DNA from: Chloroflexota bacterium
GTDB lineage: Bacteria > Chloroflexota > Dehalococcoidia > Lucifugimonadales > UBA3495
Length of the DNA stretch: 64,000 nucleotides
Assembly: GCA_028875055.1 (NCBI GenBank)
Contig: JAPPGG010000014.1
Coordinates: 8,722-72,721 of the forward strand
Direction: 5' to 3'
Positions within the stretch are counted from its first letter, which is position 1; each line of letters opens with the position of its first letter. A program made the translations under genes and the position numbers. Shown piece by piece: positions 39,665-49,341 of the stretch. The notes beneath the pieces are model-generated. The model saw only the letters and a list, made by a program, of their open reading frames with translations. It had not been told where the DNA came from and made no database searches.

Positions 39665-40842
39665 GTGCGGTCGCGGACCCTCGCGCGAAAGCAACGTTTG
39701 TGAAGGAGCGGGCAACCCGGGCTGGGTTCGACCTGGCGCGGATAACGACCGCGGAGGAGTTTGCTTTCGACCGGGAAGCAGCGTTGAATCGGATCGAGCT
39801 GGGCCTGATGGACGGGCTTTCGTGGTACCGCCCGGCAAGAATAAACCGGGGCGCCTCGCCCCGGGAACTTCTTCCAGGGGCGCGGTCAATTATCTGCCTG
39901 GGCCTGAACTATTTCACCGATGAAGAAAATCATGCTGATTCCATTACCGGGGACTATCGTCTCAACGAAGGCGGCCCACCCCTGGCCGGGAAGATAGCCC
40001 GTTACGCCAGGGGCCGGGACTACCACCGGGTAATGAAGCGCAAGATGAGATCCCTGGTGGAGGACCTTTCGCAGCAGCTGGACTCTGAAATCTCGGCCAG
40101 GTGGTACGTAGATGATGGCCCCATGCTGGACCGCGCGGCAGCGGCCAGGGCCGGACTGGGCTGGTTTGGAAAGAACACCAACATCCTGACCAGCCAACTG
40201 GGGTCCTGGATATTGCTGGGACAAATCATCACAGACCTGGAGCTGGAACCTGATGCCCCCGTGAAGAAAAACTGCGGCAACTGTGTCAGCTGCATAGACG
40301 CCTGCCCCACGGGCGCAATCGTGGCCCCTTATGTCATAGATAACGCCCGCTGCATTTCCTACCAGACCATCGAGAATCGGGGAGCGATACCCAGGGAAAT
40401 GAGGCCGCTGATGCTGGACTGGGTATTTGGCTGCGACATTTGCCAGGAAGTATGCCCGGTCAATCGCAAGGAAACTCAGACCCGGGAACCGGAATTTGGA
40501 AGAAGGGGACTGGCCATCGCAGACCTGACCGGGCTGCTGCAGATGACCGAGGATCAGTTTCGCGCCAGGTTTGCCGGCACTCCCATAATGCGCGCCAAAT
40601 ACAGTGGTATGCAGCGCAATGCCTGTGTTGCGCTGGGAAACCTGAAAAACCCTGAGGCTGTCCCAGCGCTGGCTGGAGCCCTGGATTCTGGAAGTCCACT
40701 GGTCAGGGGCCACGCTGCCTGGGCGCTGGGGGAGACAGGCACCAGGGAAGCGGTTGGAGCCCTGCGAGAGGCGCTGGAGGGGGAACAAGACCCTGACGTA
40801 CTGGAAGAAATTTCAGAGGCGCTCGGCAAATGCCATGCATAG
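39661..40842 (+). CDS. queG: tRNA epoxyqueuosine(34) reductase
   Basis: Two 4Fe-4S ferredoxin motifs (CGNCVSCIDACPTGA, CDICQEVCPVN) and C-terminal HEAT-like repeats. Its ATG overlaps the upstream stop (ATGA). Confidence 0.85.
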   Translation: MSAVADPRAKATFVKERATRAGFDLARITTAEEFAFDREAALNRIELGLMDGLSWYRPARINRGASPRELLPGARSIICLGLNYFTDEENHADSITGDYRLNEGGPPLAGKIARYARGRDYHRVMKRKMRSLVEDLSQQLDSEISARWYVDDGPMLDRAAAARAGLGWFGKNTNILTSQLGSWILLGQIITDLELEPDAPVKKNCGNCVSCIDACPTGAIVAPYVIDNARCISYQTIENRGAIPREMRPLMLDWVFGCDICQEVCPVNRKETQTREPEFGRRGLAIADLTGLLQMTEDQFRARFAGTPIMRAKYSGMQRNACVALGNLKNPEAVPALAGALDSGSPLVRGHAAWALGETGTREAVGALREALEGEQDPDVLEEISEALGKCHA

Positions 40843-41036
40843 CACAGCGCGCACTCGGGGTCTCGCACAAGACTTGAGGCTACCGACGCCAGGATACGCT
40901 CGTAGCCACGAATTGTTCCCGGGGGTGCAGGAATTGATGCATTGGCGGCCGCCGCGAGAGTTGCCAGTTAACTGACGGTCCGTTTAAGACGCGCTTCCCA
41001 AGCGAGGCGCCGCGCCCATCCCCTCTGGGCTCCAGC

Positions 41037-41660
41037 TCAGTCAACTTCTCCAGATAACGCTTTTCGGACTTCTCCCGAATTACGACCCCCGGATTGCTCG
41101 TGCTCCTGGTCTGCCTCGCTCCTGGGTTGGGCTTCCCGCCTTCCCCCCGACCGGCGGGACTTGCGGGAACGGGAAGGGGGCGCTGGCTGAGGAGGCGCCT
41201 CGTCCAGGTAAGCGCGTCCAAACTTGAGCTTCTTCATCTCTTCCTCGATCAGGAAGAAGTCGCCCTTGGGCAGGAGATGGAGGTTTCCCTGGAAGGCCAT
41301 GTACCAGTTTTCGGGGGGCCACCGGCGGATATAGTCCAGGCGATGGGCCAGCAGCCCAGCCTCGATGTACTGTTCTTCATCCAGCACCAGTTCGGGCTTG
41401 ATGCCGATGAGGTAGGGCCAGGTGGCGCTTCCCTCGTTCTTCCAGAACCCTGCGTCCTCTTCCTTGTAGGAGACGGTTACAGTAGCCGTGGCGGTAAATT
41501 TACGAATGCCCATCACGTAGAACAGCAGGCGATCGTCCTTCTCTACCCTCTGAACTTTTCTCCGGTATTCGGACTTCAGACCCTGCCTGGTGAAATCCAT
41601 CGAGCGGGTTATGTTGAAGTTCTCTTCGTTGCAGGTAATCATCCAGAAGTTGCGTGGCAT
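41037..41660 (-). CDS. EVE/PUA-like domain protein with basic low-complexity C-terminal tail
   Basis: MPRNFWMITCNEENFNI...DDRLLFYV resembles archaeal/bacterial EVE (UPF0310-like) proteins. The tail is SRSRKSRRSGGRRE. ATG 41660 follows GGTGAGGAAG; an alternative GTG is at 41672. Confidence 0.55.
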   Translation of the reverse strand: MPRNFWMITCNEENFNITRSMDFTRQGLKSEYRRKVQRVEKDDRLLFYVMGIRKFTATATVTVSYKEEDAGFWKNEGSATWPYLIGIKPELVLDEEQYIEAGLLAHRLDYIRRWPPENWYMAFQGNLHLLPKGDFFLIEEEMKKLKFGRAYLDEAPPQPAPPSRSRKSRRSGGRREAQPRSEADQEHEQSGGRNSGEVRKALSGEVD

Positions 41661-41851
41661 ACTCTTCCTCACCTATATGCCTGGGGTCCGGAAAGGTCAC
41701 CCTCCTGCTTGGCAGCCTGGGCAGCGAGAGCAGGAAGTCTATCGTCCACCAGAAGTCTTTTGACATTGTCCATTGTAACTGAATTAGTGTAACATCTTCC
41801 CCAATGTCGCCGCCCTCCAGGTAGAGGGCGGACCAGGAGGAATAGCTCAAC

Positions 41852-43024
41852 ATGACGTCAAGTTCCACCCGAGAAAGAGATATCGCCATAGTCGGCGTGG
41901 CTGAATCGGATGAAATGGGCACCGTCCCCAACAAGTCGTCCCTGCAACACCATGCGGAAGCCGCTTACAACGCGCTGGAAGATGCGGGCATAGCCAAGTC
42001 CGAGGTAAACGGACTTCTGACCGCCGGCTTCTCCACCCTTGCTACAGCCGAGTATATGGGTATCCAGCCAGGGTTTACCGACAATACTTCGGTGGGCGGT
42101 TCTTCTTTTGTTATACACGTTGCCCACGCGGCCGCGGCCATCCGCGCCGGCTACTGCGATACGGTACTGATTACCCATGGGCAGGCAGGCCGTTCGACCC
42201 GGGCCCGCGTACCGGCGGACCCAAACCTTCCCGTTTCCCAGTATGAATCGCCCTACGGCCTGATTGGCCAACCCATAAACTACTCGATGGCTTGCACCCG
42301 CTACATGCACGAGTACGGGGAGGACCGGACCCGCCAGGCCATGGCGGAAATCGCCGTATCCACCCGCAAATGGGCCAATCTCAACCCGAAAGCGGTCATG
42401 CATGAAACGCCCATGTCATTCGACGATTACCACAATTCCCGCTGGGTGTCCTGGCCATTCCACCTTTTTGATTGCTGCCTGGTCACCGATTCCGGAGCCG
42501 CTATTGTCGTCACCACCGCGGAGAAGGCGGCCAACTGCCGGAAGGCCCCGGTCTGGCTGCTGGGCGGCGCCGAAGGACACGACCACAACCTGATCAGCGC
42601 TATGCCTTCCTACACTTCGCTCATTGCGCGGGAGACCGGTCCCAATGCCCTGGCGAGGGCCGGAGTCACCCACGACGACATAGACGTGACCCTTATCTAC
42701 GATTCTTTCACCTACACTGTCATGCTGTCGCTGGAAGGCCTGGGATTTTGCGGCCCAGGAGAGGCGCCCGATTTCGTAGCCGACCAGCGCACTGCGCCTG
42801 GAGGCGATTTCCCTCTCAATACGGCGGGAGGCGGGCTGTCCTATACCCACCCGGGCATGTACGGCAGTTTCCTTCTCGTGGAATCGGTACGGCAATTGCG
42901 CGGGGAATGCGGAGAACGCCAGGTCAAGGCCAAGGACGGCAGTGACTCTCCGAAGATTTCCCTGGTGAACGGCACGGGTGGTTCCCTTTCATCCACGGGC
43001 ACTATAATCCTGGCCAGGGACTAA
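41852..43024 (+). CDS. thiolase-family protein (SCP-x/non-specific lipid-transfer type)
   Basis: 390 aa. IAIVGVAESD...and a C-terminal NTAGGGLS pattern are typical of the DUF35-associated thiolase-like proteins. Confidence 0.8.
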   Translation: MTSSSTRERDIAIVGVAESDEMGTVPNKSSLQHHAEAAYNALEDAGIAKSEVNGLLTAGFSTLATAEYMGIQPGFTDNTSVGGSSFVIHVAHAAAAIRAGYCDTVLITHGQAGRSTRARVPADPNLPVSQYESPYGLIGQPINYSMACTRYMHEYGEDRTRQAMAEIAVSTRKWANLNPKAVMHETPMSFDDYHNSRWVSWPFHLFDCCLVTDSGAAIVVTTAEKAANCRKAPVWLLGGAEGHDHNLISAMPSYTSLIARETGPNALARAGVTHDDIDVTLIYDSFTYTVMLSLEGLGFCGPGEAPDFVADQRTAPGGDFPLNTAGGGLSYTHPGMYGSFLLVESVRQLRGECGERQVKAKDGSDSPKISLVNGTGGSLSSTGTIILARD

Positions 43025-43063
43025 CTCGGCTGCCCAAAAACGTACTTCAGGAATAACTAGCCA

Positions 43064-44155
43064 ATGGACATAGGAATTATCGGTCTTCCCCAGTCGGGAA
43101 AGACCACGGTATTTAACGCATTGACCCGCGGCAATGCCGACACCAGCGGCGCCAGCGGGTCTGCTACTGAAATGCACCTGGGCGTCGTCAAGGTGCCCGA
43201 TTCCAGGCTGGACGTTCTGTCGGGAATGTACAACCCGAAACGGGTGGTGCCGGCGGAGATCAAGTATTGGGACGTACCCGGCCCGGAGTCTCTGGCCAAG
43301 TCCCAGGGGATTGTCGGCAAGTACCGCAACATTCTGCAGGGAGCGGATGCATTCCTGGTTGTGGTGAGGGCCTTTGAAAATCCGGCGGTGGCGCACCCCA
43401 TGACGACAATTGACCCCGGCCGCGACCTGGAGACCATGCTGGGTGAACTGACCTTCGCCGACCTGGAGGTGGTTGACCGGGCCGTGGACCGGCTGGAAGA
43501 CGGGATGAAAAAGGCGAAACCGGCGGAACGTCCCGCCTTGACCCGCCAGCTGGAAACCGTCAGGAAGGTAAAGGCCGGTCTTGAGGATGGAATCCCCCTC
43601 AGGGCGCAACAGGTCACCGACTCAGAGCAGGCCATCCTGGTGAATTACCAACTTCTGACGGGAAAGCCGATAATCGTTGCCTTCAACACCGACGAGGATG
43701 GGCCCGAACCCGGCCTGCGTGATTTTGACCTGGAAATTCCAGGCATGGAGTCGGTGGGGGAAGTTTGCCTCAGCGCCAGGCTGGAGGCGGAACTGGCATT
43801 GATGCCCGAGGAGGAAGCGGAGGAGTTCCGCAATGAACTGGGGCTGGACGAATCCGCTATGACCCGTGTGATCCGCTCCAGCTACAGGACCCTTGGCCTC
43901 ATTTCCTTCCTGACCGTGGGACCCGATGAAGTGCGGGCATGGAGCGTTCGGGACGGGCTGCCGGCCCAGGAAGCAGCGGGGACAATCCACTCCGATTTCG
44001 TAAGGGGGTTCATCCGGGCCGAAGTGGTCCCCTACGACGATCTGTGCCGGTGCGGCAACATTGCCCAGAGCCGGAAAGAGGGGGCCCTGCGTTCAGAGGG
44101 CAAGACCTACCAGGTAAGGGACGGAGACGTAATAAATTTCCTGGTTAACGTTTAA
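43064..44155 (+). CDS. ychF: redox-regulated ATPase YchF
   Basis: IGIIGLPQSGKTTVFNALT and a C-terminal TGS-like domain (VRDGDVINF); 363 aa. Confidence 0.9.
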   Translation: MDIGIIGLPQSGKTTVFNALTRGNADTSGASGSATEMHLGVVKVPDSRLDVLSGMYNPKRVVPAEIKYWDVPGPESLAKSQGIVGKYRNILQGADAFLVVVRAFENPAVAHPMTTIDPGRDLETMLGELTFADLEVVDRAVDRLEDGMKKAKPAERPALTRQLETVRKVKAGLEDGIPLRAQQVTDSEQAILVNYQLLTGKPIIVAFNTDEDGPEPGLRDFDLEIPGMESVGEVCLSARLEAELALMPEEEAEEFRNELGLDESAMTRVIRSSYRTLGLISFLTVGPDEVRAWSVRDGLPAQEAAGTIHSDFVRGFIRAEVVPYDDLCRCGNIAQSRKEGALRSEGKTYQVRDGDVINFLVNV

Positions 44156-44177
44156 GCCCGGCCGCCGCAACTCCTCC

Positions 44178-44696
44178 ATGGTGGCTATAAGGGAATTCGG
44201 GCCCGACGACGCAGAAGATGTCAGGCGCCTCTTTTCGGAAGGGCAGTCCCAGTTTGCCGCCGGGTTTGAGGAAGACTTTGAGGCTTACACCCGGGAAAGC
44301 CTGAAGGCCGACCTGTCAGATATCCAGGGCCACTACATGGACCGGCCTGGAAGCTGTTTCTGGGTGGCGACGGTGAACGGGAAGGTGGTTGGTATGGTGG
44401 GGATTCAACGGCGAGACAGCCATACCGGGGAATTGCGCCGGATGGGAGTCGATATCAACCGGCGGAGGCAGGGAATCGCCCGGATGCTGCTGGAAACCGC
44501 CGAGGAGTATTGCCGGCAGCAGGGTTATTCCCGACTATGCCTTTCCACCGTGACGCCTCTCGTGCCGGCCATACAAATGTACCAGGCCTCCGGATACACC
44601 CAGACCGGTCAGGGCAAGTATGGATCCGTGACGGTCCTTCATTTCAGCAAGGAGCTGGTCAGTGACCAGTGCCGTTCAGGGGTTTGGCGAAGCTGA
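44178..44696 (+). CDS. GNAT family N-acetyltransferase
   Basis: RRQGIARMLL acetyl-CoA binding motif; 172 aa. Confidence 0.75.
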   Translation: MVAIREFGPDDAEDVRRLFSEGQSQFAAGFEEDFEAYTRESLKADLSDIQGHYMDRPGSCFWVATVNGKVVGMVGIQRRDSHTGELRRMGVDINRRRQGIARMLLETAEEYCRQQGYSRLCLSTVTPLVPAIQMYQASGYTQTGQGKYGSVTVLHFSKELVSDQCRSGVWRS

Positions 44697-45024
44697 GTTC
44701 GTGCCCGTCCGGGTCCGTAACGTGGAAATATCGCTCCCCCCACGGTGCATCGGCCGGCTCCGTGTCCGTGTTTATCCCCCCTTCAACCAGCTTTGAATGC
44801 ATCTCATCCACGTCATCTACGTAGAAAATCGACCTTCCCCACCATGCCAGGGGTTTGTCGGTGGCAATCAGATTGAGGTAACCGGCGCCAACCCTGAAGC
44901 TGGTGAAGCCCGCGGCCTCTCCACCGTACAGCATGGGCAGACCAATGCGGTCCCGGTAGAATATTACCGACCTCGCCATGTCGTGGACCGCGAGAGTAAT
45001 GGCGCTAATGTTCTGGACCGTCAC
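44659..45024 (-). CDS. VOC/glyoxalase-bleomycin resistance family protein
   Basis: 121 aa. ITLAVHDMARSVIFY ... HVTDPDGHELSF is the typical paired beta-alpha-beta-beta-beta pattern. Confidence 0.75.
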   Translation of the reverse strand: MTVQNISAITLAVHDMARSVIFYRDRIGLPMLYGGEAAGFTSFRVGAGYLNLIATDKPLAWWGRSIFYVDDVDEMHSKLVEGGINTDTEPADAPWGERYFHVTDPDGHELSFAKPLNGTGH

Positions 45025-45048
45025 TCTTAACTTCCTCCAGAAACTCGC

Positions 45049-45057
45049 TGGTATAAT
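45049..45057 (+). promoter_or_regulatory. extended -10 element TGgTATAAT upstream of larE
   Basis: Read directly, 57 nt upstream of the larE ATG. There is no good -35. Confidence 0.4.
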
Positions 45058-45113
45058 ATCGACAGCGCATTAAGCGAATTCCCTAGTACCATACTAGCAA
45101 ACCGGCCAATTCT

Positions 45114-45989
45114 ATGGCAAAGCTTGAAGCACAGTCAGTCACGTCGCCAGAAACCGCACTAAAGCGGCTGGAAGATATCCTCCGGAAAATGGGTTCGGTG
45201 GTCGTGGCCTATTCCGGCGGCGTTGACAGCGCATTACTGGCGGTTGCGGCCCACCGAGCGCTGGGTGACGGGGCGCTGGCAGTAACGGCTGTTTCCCCCG
45301 CGGTGGCGGAAAGGGAATTGCGGGAGGCGCGGCAACTTGCCGAGGGTTTCGGCTTTGCCCACCGCACCATCGAGACTGCCGAGATGGAATCGGAGGGGTA
45401 CGTTGCCAATCCACCCAACCGGTGCTATTTCTGCAAGACCGAACTCTATGGGGAATTATGTAAACTGGCCGAAACTGAAGGTTTCGCCTGGGTAGCTAAC
45501 GGGGCAAATCTGGACGACCTGGGCGATTACCGGCCGGGCCTGCAGGCCGCCACGGAAAACCGGGTCCGCAGCCCGCTGGTGGAGGCCCAATTCGACAAGG
45601 CGGCAGTCCGGCAGGTTGCCCGGCACCTCGACCTGCCCGTGTGGGACAAGCCGGCCCAGCCCTGCCTCTCTTCCAGGATTCCGTACGGAACGCCGGTAAC
45701 GGTGGAGACGCTCTCCAGGATTGAACAGGCCGAGACCTTGCTGAGGAGCCTGGGGCTGCGCGAGGTTCGGGCCCGCCACCACAACAGCCATTGCCGGATA
45801 GAGGTGGGGGAGTCGGAAATGGAACTGGCCTTTGCCCAGCGGAAAGTTATAGCTGAGAGCCTGAAGCAGATTGGCTATTTGTGGGTGTCGCTTGACCTTT
45901 CCGGCCTCCGCTCCGGCAGCCTGAACGACCAGCTGGAAGCGGAGATCAAGCTCAAGGTTTCAGGGGAGGGGAGTAGCCGGGCGCGATGA
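45114..45989 (+). CDS. larE: ATP-dependent sacrificial sulfur transferase LarE (PP-loop ATPase)
   Basis: VVAYSGGVDSALLA PP-loop and the PCLSSR motif containing the LarE-type cysteine; 291 aa. Confidence 0.8.
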   Translation: MAKLEAQSVTSPETALKRLEDILRKMGSVVVAYSGGVDSALLAVAAHRALGDGALAVTAVSPAVAERELREARQLAEGFGFAHRTIETAEMESEGYVANPPNRCYFCKTELYGELCKLAETEGFAWVANGANLDDLGDYRPGLQAATENRVRSPLVEAQFDKAAVRQVARHLDLPVWDKPAQPCLSSRIPYGTPVTVETLSRIEQAETLLRSLGLREVRARHHNSHCRIEVGESEMELAFAQRKVIAESLKQIGYLWVSLDLSGLRSGSLNDQLEAEIKLKVSGEGSSRAR

Positions 45990-47191
45990 GAGTAGCCTAC
46001 ATTCAGTCCATTGGGGGCGCCAGCGGCGACATGCTGCTTGGCGCCTTGCTTGATTTGGGCCTGCCGCTGGAGGAGTTGCGCCGGTGCCTGGAGCTCCTGG
46101 GTATTGCAGGGGTTGAAGTCTCCGCTTCTACGGAACGCCGCTGCGAGGTTCGTGGAACCAACTTGACCGTCACGTGCAATGCGGGGCGAAGGTATTCACC
46201 CCGGGAAATGTCCGGGGTGGTTTCCGGCAGCGCATTGCCGGACAAGGTCAAGAGCCAGTCGGCCAGGATTCTGGAAAACCTCTGGCGGGCCGAGTCCCGG
46301 GTTCACGGGGAAGAACCGGATGTTCTCGAACTTGAGGAACTGGGTACGGCAGACACCCTGGTGGACGTGGTGGGTTTCGCCTATGGACTTCACTTTCTGG
46401 GTATTGGGGACGTCTATTCGGCGCCCCTGGTTCTGGGCGCGTCGTCGCCTCCCCGCTGGCCGGGCGGGTACTCCAACCCCGCTCCCGCAACCCTGGAACT
46501 GGTCGCCATGGCAGGAGCCCCCGCTGTTTCCGAACTGGCAATTCACGAAGGGGCCGGCGAACTCACCACACCCACCGGAGCCGCCATCATCACCTCCCTG
46601 GCGAAATTCGGCAGGCCACCCATGTCGGTGCAAGCCATTGGCGTGGGGTTGGGCAACAAGAACCCGGAAGCCTTTCCCAACGCGCTGAGAATCTGGCTTG
46701 GTGAGACGGCGGACCTGGCAGCAGGGGAAACCGGTGTTGCCATGAGGCAGCAGGACATCGTGCTGCTGGAAACCAACCTGGACGACGTTACGGGGGAAAT
46801 ACTGGGCTACGCCCAGGAAAGGCTGTTTGCGGTCGGGGCGCTGGATGTGTGGCATACACCCATTCAGATGAAGAAGAACCGGCCCGGGGTAATCCTGTCT
46901 GCGCTGCTTCCCAAGCGCCTGGAGGACGCGGGCGTCGAGGTTATACTGCGGGAGACGCCGACTCTGGGAGTCCGCAGCCGGCCTGTGGAACGATTTGTTG
47001 CCAGGCGGGACATTCAGGAAGTGGAGACGGAATTCGGCGCGGTCAGGGTTAAGCTGAAGTACCTCGCGGGTGAGGTCGTCGCCGCATCTCCGGAATATGA
47101 AGATTGCCGCCGCATTGCCCAGGAAACGGGCCGCCCTCTCCAGGAAGTCTTCCGCAGGGCAGAAGCAGAAGCGCGGGAACTCTACCGGTAG
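45986..47191 (+). CDS. larC: nickel-pincer cofactor biosynthesis protein LarC (nickel insertion, DUF111)
   Basis: MRVAYIQSIGGASGDMLLGALLDLG is the DUF111/LarC N-terminus; 401 aa. It overlaps the larE stop by 4 nt. Confidence 0.8.
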   Translation: MRVAYIQSIGGASGDMLLGALLDLGLPLEELRRCLELLGIAGVEVSASTERRCEVRGTNLTVTCNAGRRYSPREMSGVVSGSALPDKVKSQSARILENLWRAESRVHGEEPDVLELEELGTADTLVDVVGFAYGLHFLGIGDVYSAPLVLGASSPPRWPGGYSNPAPATLELVAMAGAPAVSELAIHEGAGELTTPTGAAIITSLAKFGRPPMSVQAIGVGLGNKNPEAFPNALRIWLGETADLAAGETGVAMRQQDIVLLETNLDDVTGEILGYAQERLFAVGALDVWHTPIQMKKNRPGVILSALLPKRLEDAGVEVILRETPTLGVRSRPVERFVARRDIQEVETEFGAVRVKLKYLAGEVVAASPEYEDCRRIAQETGRPLQEVFRRAEAEARELYR

Positions 47192-47227
47192 CCAGATCAG
47201 CCACAGCCATCCGGTGGCAAATGCCCG

Positions 47228-48373
47228 CTAATAGGACTGGAAGAGTCTTCCCCACTCTGTCTTCAACGCGGCGTTTATTCTCCCCTTTCCGTGGGTGTTC
47301 AACCAGTAACCGTTATGGTAGAGGTTGGATGCCATGTAAGCCCACGATGCCAGGGGACTGCGAAGCAAGAAGTTCTCCAGCGGCTTCAGGGGACCCCAGT
47401 AGATCAGCTTCTGCCCACGGCTGGCAAACGTGTTCTCAGTCCCCGTAAACTTCCAGTTCACCTGGCTGATATCCTCTCCCACCACCTCTATCTGGGAAAT
47501 ATCTCCACACCCCAGGCCTCTTTCGTGGGCCAGGCGAATGAACTTCAGCTTCATGGGGTCAAATCCCATCATGTGGGCCGCCACTGCGTCAATAGCCACC
47601 TGGTCTGCGCTGGCCAGGAGGCGGTCCTTAACGTGCCAGCGCATCGCTCGCGGTCCCGGGCCATCGCCGGCAAATGTGCCGTCCATAACCGCAAAGATGC
47701 CTGGATGGATTTCCTGTTGTATGGCAAGCAGGTCAACCAGGGTTTCATGGATTACGGAGTGCGTCCAGTGCCGTTTTCGATGAAGCAGGCCGCCAAAGGC
47801 GTTTTTCATTGCGCCGGTCATGGTGGTAAAGACGTGGGTCTTCATAGTTGGCAGCTGGATGATGTTCTTGCCTGGAAAGATCTCGGGAATCTGGATGCCC
47901 TCCGGGAAAATGTCGTCCAGCACCAGCATTTCAGCCCGAGGCTTGTAGTCTATCCAGACGTTGGGCGGGGTATCCAGGTGCACGGTTGGCAGGTTGTACT
48001 TGTCCTGAACTGACTTGTGCTTGTTATTCTCCTCTCCCTCAAAGGAGTCCACCACAACTGTGCCGTTATGGGCTGCAATGAGGTCCCGGTGACCTAGCGC
48101 CTGCAGGGCCCTGACCACGCCTTCCAGCTGCCAGGGAGTGGTGGAACAGCCCGGGTACCAATGCTGCCAGGAGATGTTTATCTTCAGCAGCGTCGCCAGG
48201 TCAGGTGATAGAACCTGCTCTACCCCGGCCATTGCCATGGCTCGCCCCACGTCCTCGAGCACAGTTTCCGGGCCGGTTGCCACCACGGCGACTACCGATC
48301 GGCCGGTGGGTCTTGTAGTCCCCGCTCCGGGCTCCTGTGCCGGAACGGTGGTCAAATGTCTCTCATCCTGCAT
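47228..48373 (-). CDS. DUF362 domain-containing protein
   Basis: LKINISW..., PTMKTHVFTTMTGAMKNAFGGL and ASADQVAIDAV resemble the DUF362 (COG2006) pattern. Start trimmed to ATG 48373, which follows AAGAGG. Confidence 0.7.
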   Translation of the reverse strand: MQDERHLTTVPAQEPGAGTTRPTGRSVVAVVATGPETVLEDVGRAMAMAGVEQVLSPDLATLLKINISWQHWYPGCSTTPWQLEGVVRALQALGHRDLIAAHNGTVVVDSFEGEENNKHKSVQDKYNLPTVHLDTPPNVWIDYKPRAEMLVLDDIFPEGIQIPEIFPGKNIIQLPTMKTHVFTTMTGAMKNAFGGLLHRKRHWTHSVIHETLVDLLAIQQEIHPGIFAVMDGTFAGDGPGPRAMRWHVKDRLLASADQVAIDAVAAHMMGFDPMKLKFIRLAHERGLGCGDISQIEVVGEDISQVNWKFTGTENTFASRGQKLIYWGPLKPLENFLLRSPLASWAYMASNLYHNGYWLNTHGKGRINAALKTEWGRLFQSY

Positions 48374-48396
48374 GCCAACCTCTTGGGACCGGTGGT

Positions 48397-49341
48397 TCAA
48401 GCCAAACCGTCTAACACCAGTATCATTCCTGCGGCGGCCAGCCACACAACTATGGATATTACCATGGGCAAGTCCCTGGCAATGAGCAGCTCAGGATATT
48501 CGGCATCGGGACTGGTGTGGACCAGGTAGAGAAACCGAAAAAGACCAAAGGCGACCACGGGAATCGTCAAAAGCATGGCGTCGTTGGCCGGCAGATTGAC
48601 GGCCTCAATCGTATAAAGGGAGTAGCTGACCATGGCCGTGCCGGCGCTGATGTTCAGCAGTTGTCCCACAAGTGCGGCAGGATATTGGCGCAAGACGGGT
48701 CGCTGGTTCTCCGGCGTGTCGGCCGCAAGCCTGACTTCGGCAAACCGCTTGCCCAGGACAATGAACAAAGCGGCGGCTCCGGTAGTGGTGTAGAGCCAGG
48801 GTGATGGCACCACGCCGATAACCAGGGCTCCGGCGACCGTCCTTATGACATAGCCGCTGGCAACCAGCAATACGTCAACAATCACGACTCTCTTCAGCCC
48901 CAGCGAATACCCCAGGTTCAAAGCCAGGTAAAGCGCGCATATTCCGGCGATCAGAGGGTCAATCAGGGCGGGCAGCACGAGACCCACAAACGCGAAGATA
49001 GCCAATGCCCCTACAGCGAGGCGGGTTCCCACCTGACCTGACGCCAGGGGTCTGAAACGTTTTGTCGGGTGATTTCGGTCCGCCTCGATATCCCGCATGT
49101 CATTCAAAAGGTAAACCGAGGCAGACAGGGCGCAAAAGGCTACCGCCATCAATAGAAGCCTGAAAAGGGGTTCCTGAATGGTGGTCGGGTCCCCTGGCGT
49201 CCAGGCCAGGTCAACCGCGAAAAGGAAGGGGAGAAACACCAGGCCATTCTTGATCCACTGACGAGGCCTCAATGCGCGAAAGAGGGCAGTCAGGGACGAG
49301 CCCGATGGGGGCGAGGGAAAAGCGCTCTCCGAATTAGCCAT
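48397..49341 (-). CDS. UbiA-family prenyl-phosphate phosphoribosyltransferase (decaprenyl-phosphate 5-phosphoribosyltransferase-like)
   Basis: LRPRQWIKNGLVFLP and NDMRDIEADRNHPTKRFRPLASG motifs. Start trimmed to ATG 49341 (MANSES...), overlapping the upstream gene by 8 nt. Confidence 0.75.
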   Translation of the reverse strand: MANSESAFPSPPSGSSLTALFRALRPRQWIKNGLVFLPFLFAVDLAWTPGDPTTIQEPLFRLLLMAVAFCALSASVYLLNDMRDIEADRNHPTKRFRPLASGQVGTRLAVGALAIFAFVGLVLPALIDPLIAGICALYLALNLGYSLGLKRVVIVDVLLVASGYVIRTVAGALVIGVVPSPWLYTTTGAAALFIVLGKRFAEVRLAADTPENQRPVLRQYPAALVGQLLNISAGTAMVSYSLYTIEAVNLPANDAMLLTIPVVAFGLFRFLYLVHTSPDAEYPELLIARDLPMVISIVVWLAAAGMILVLDGLA

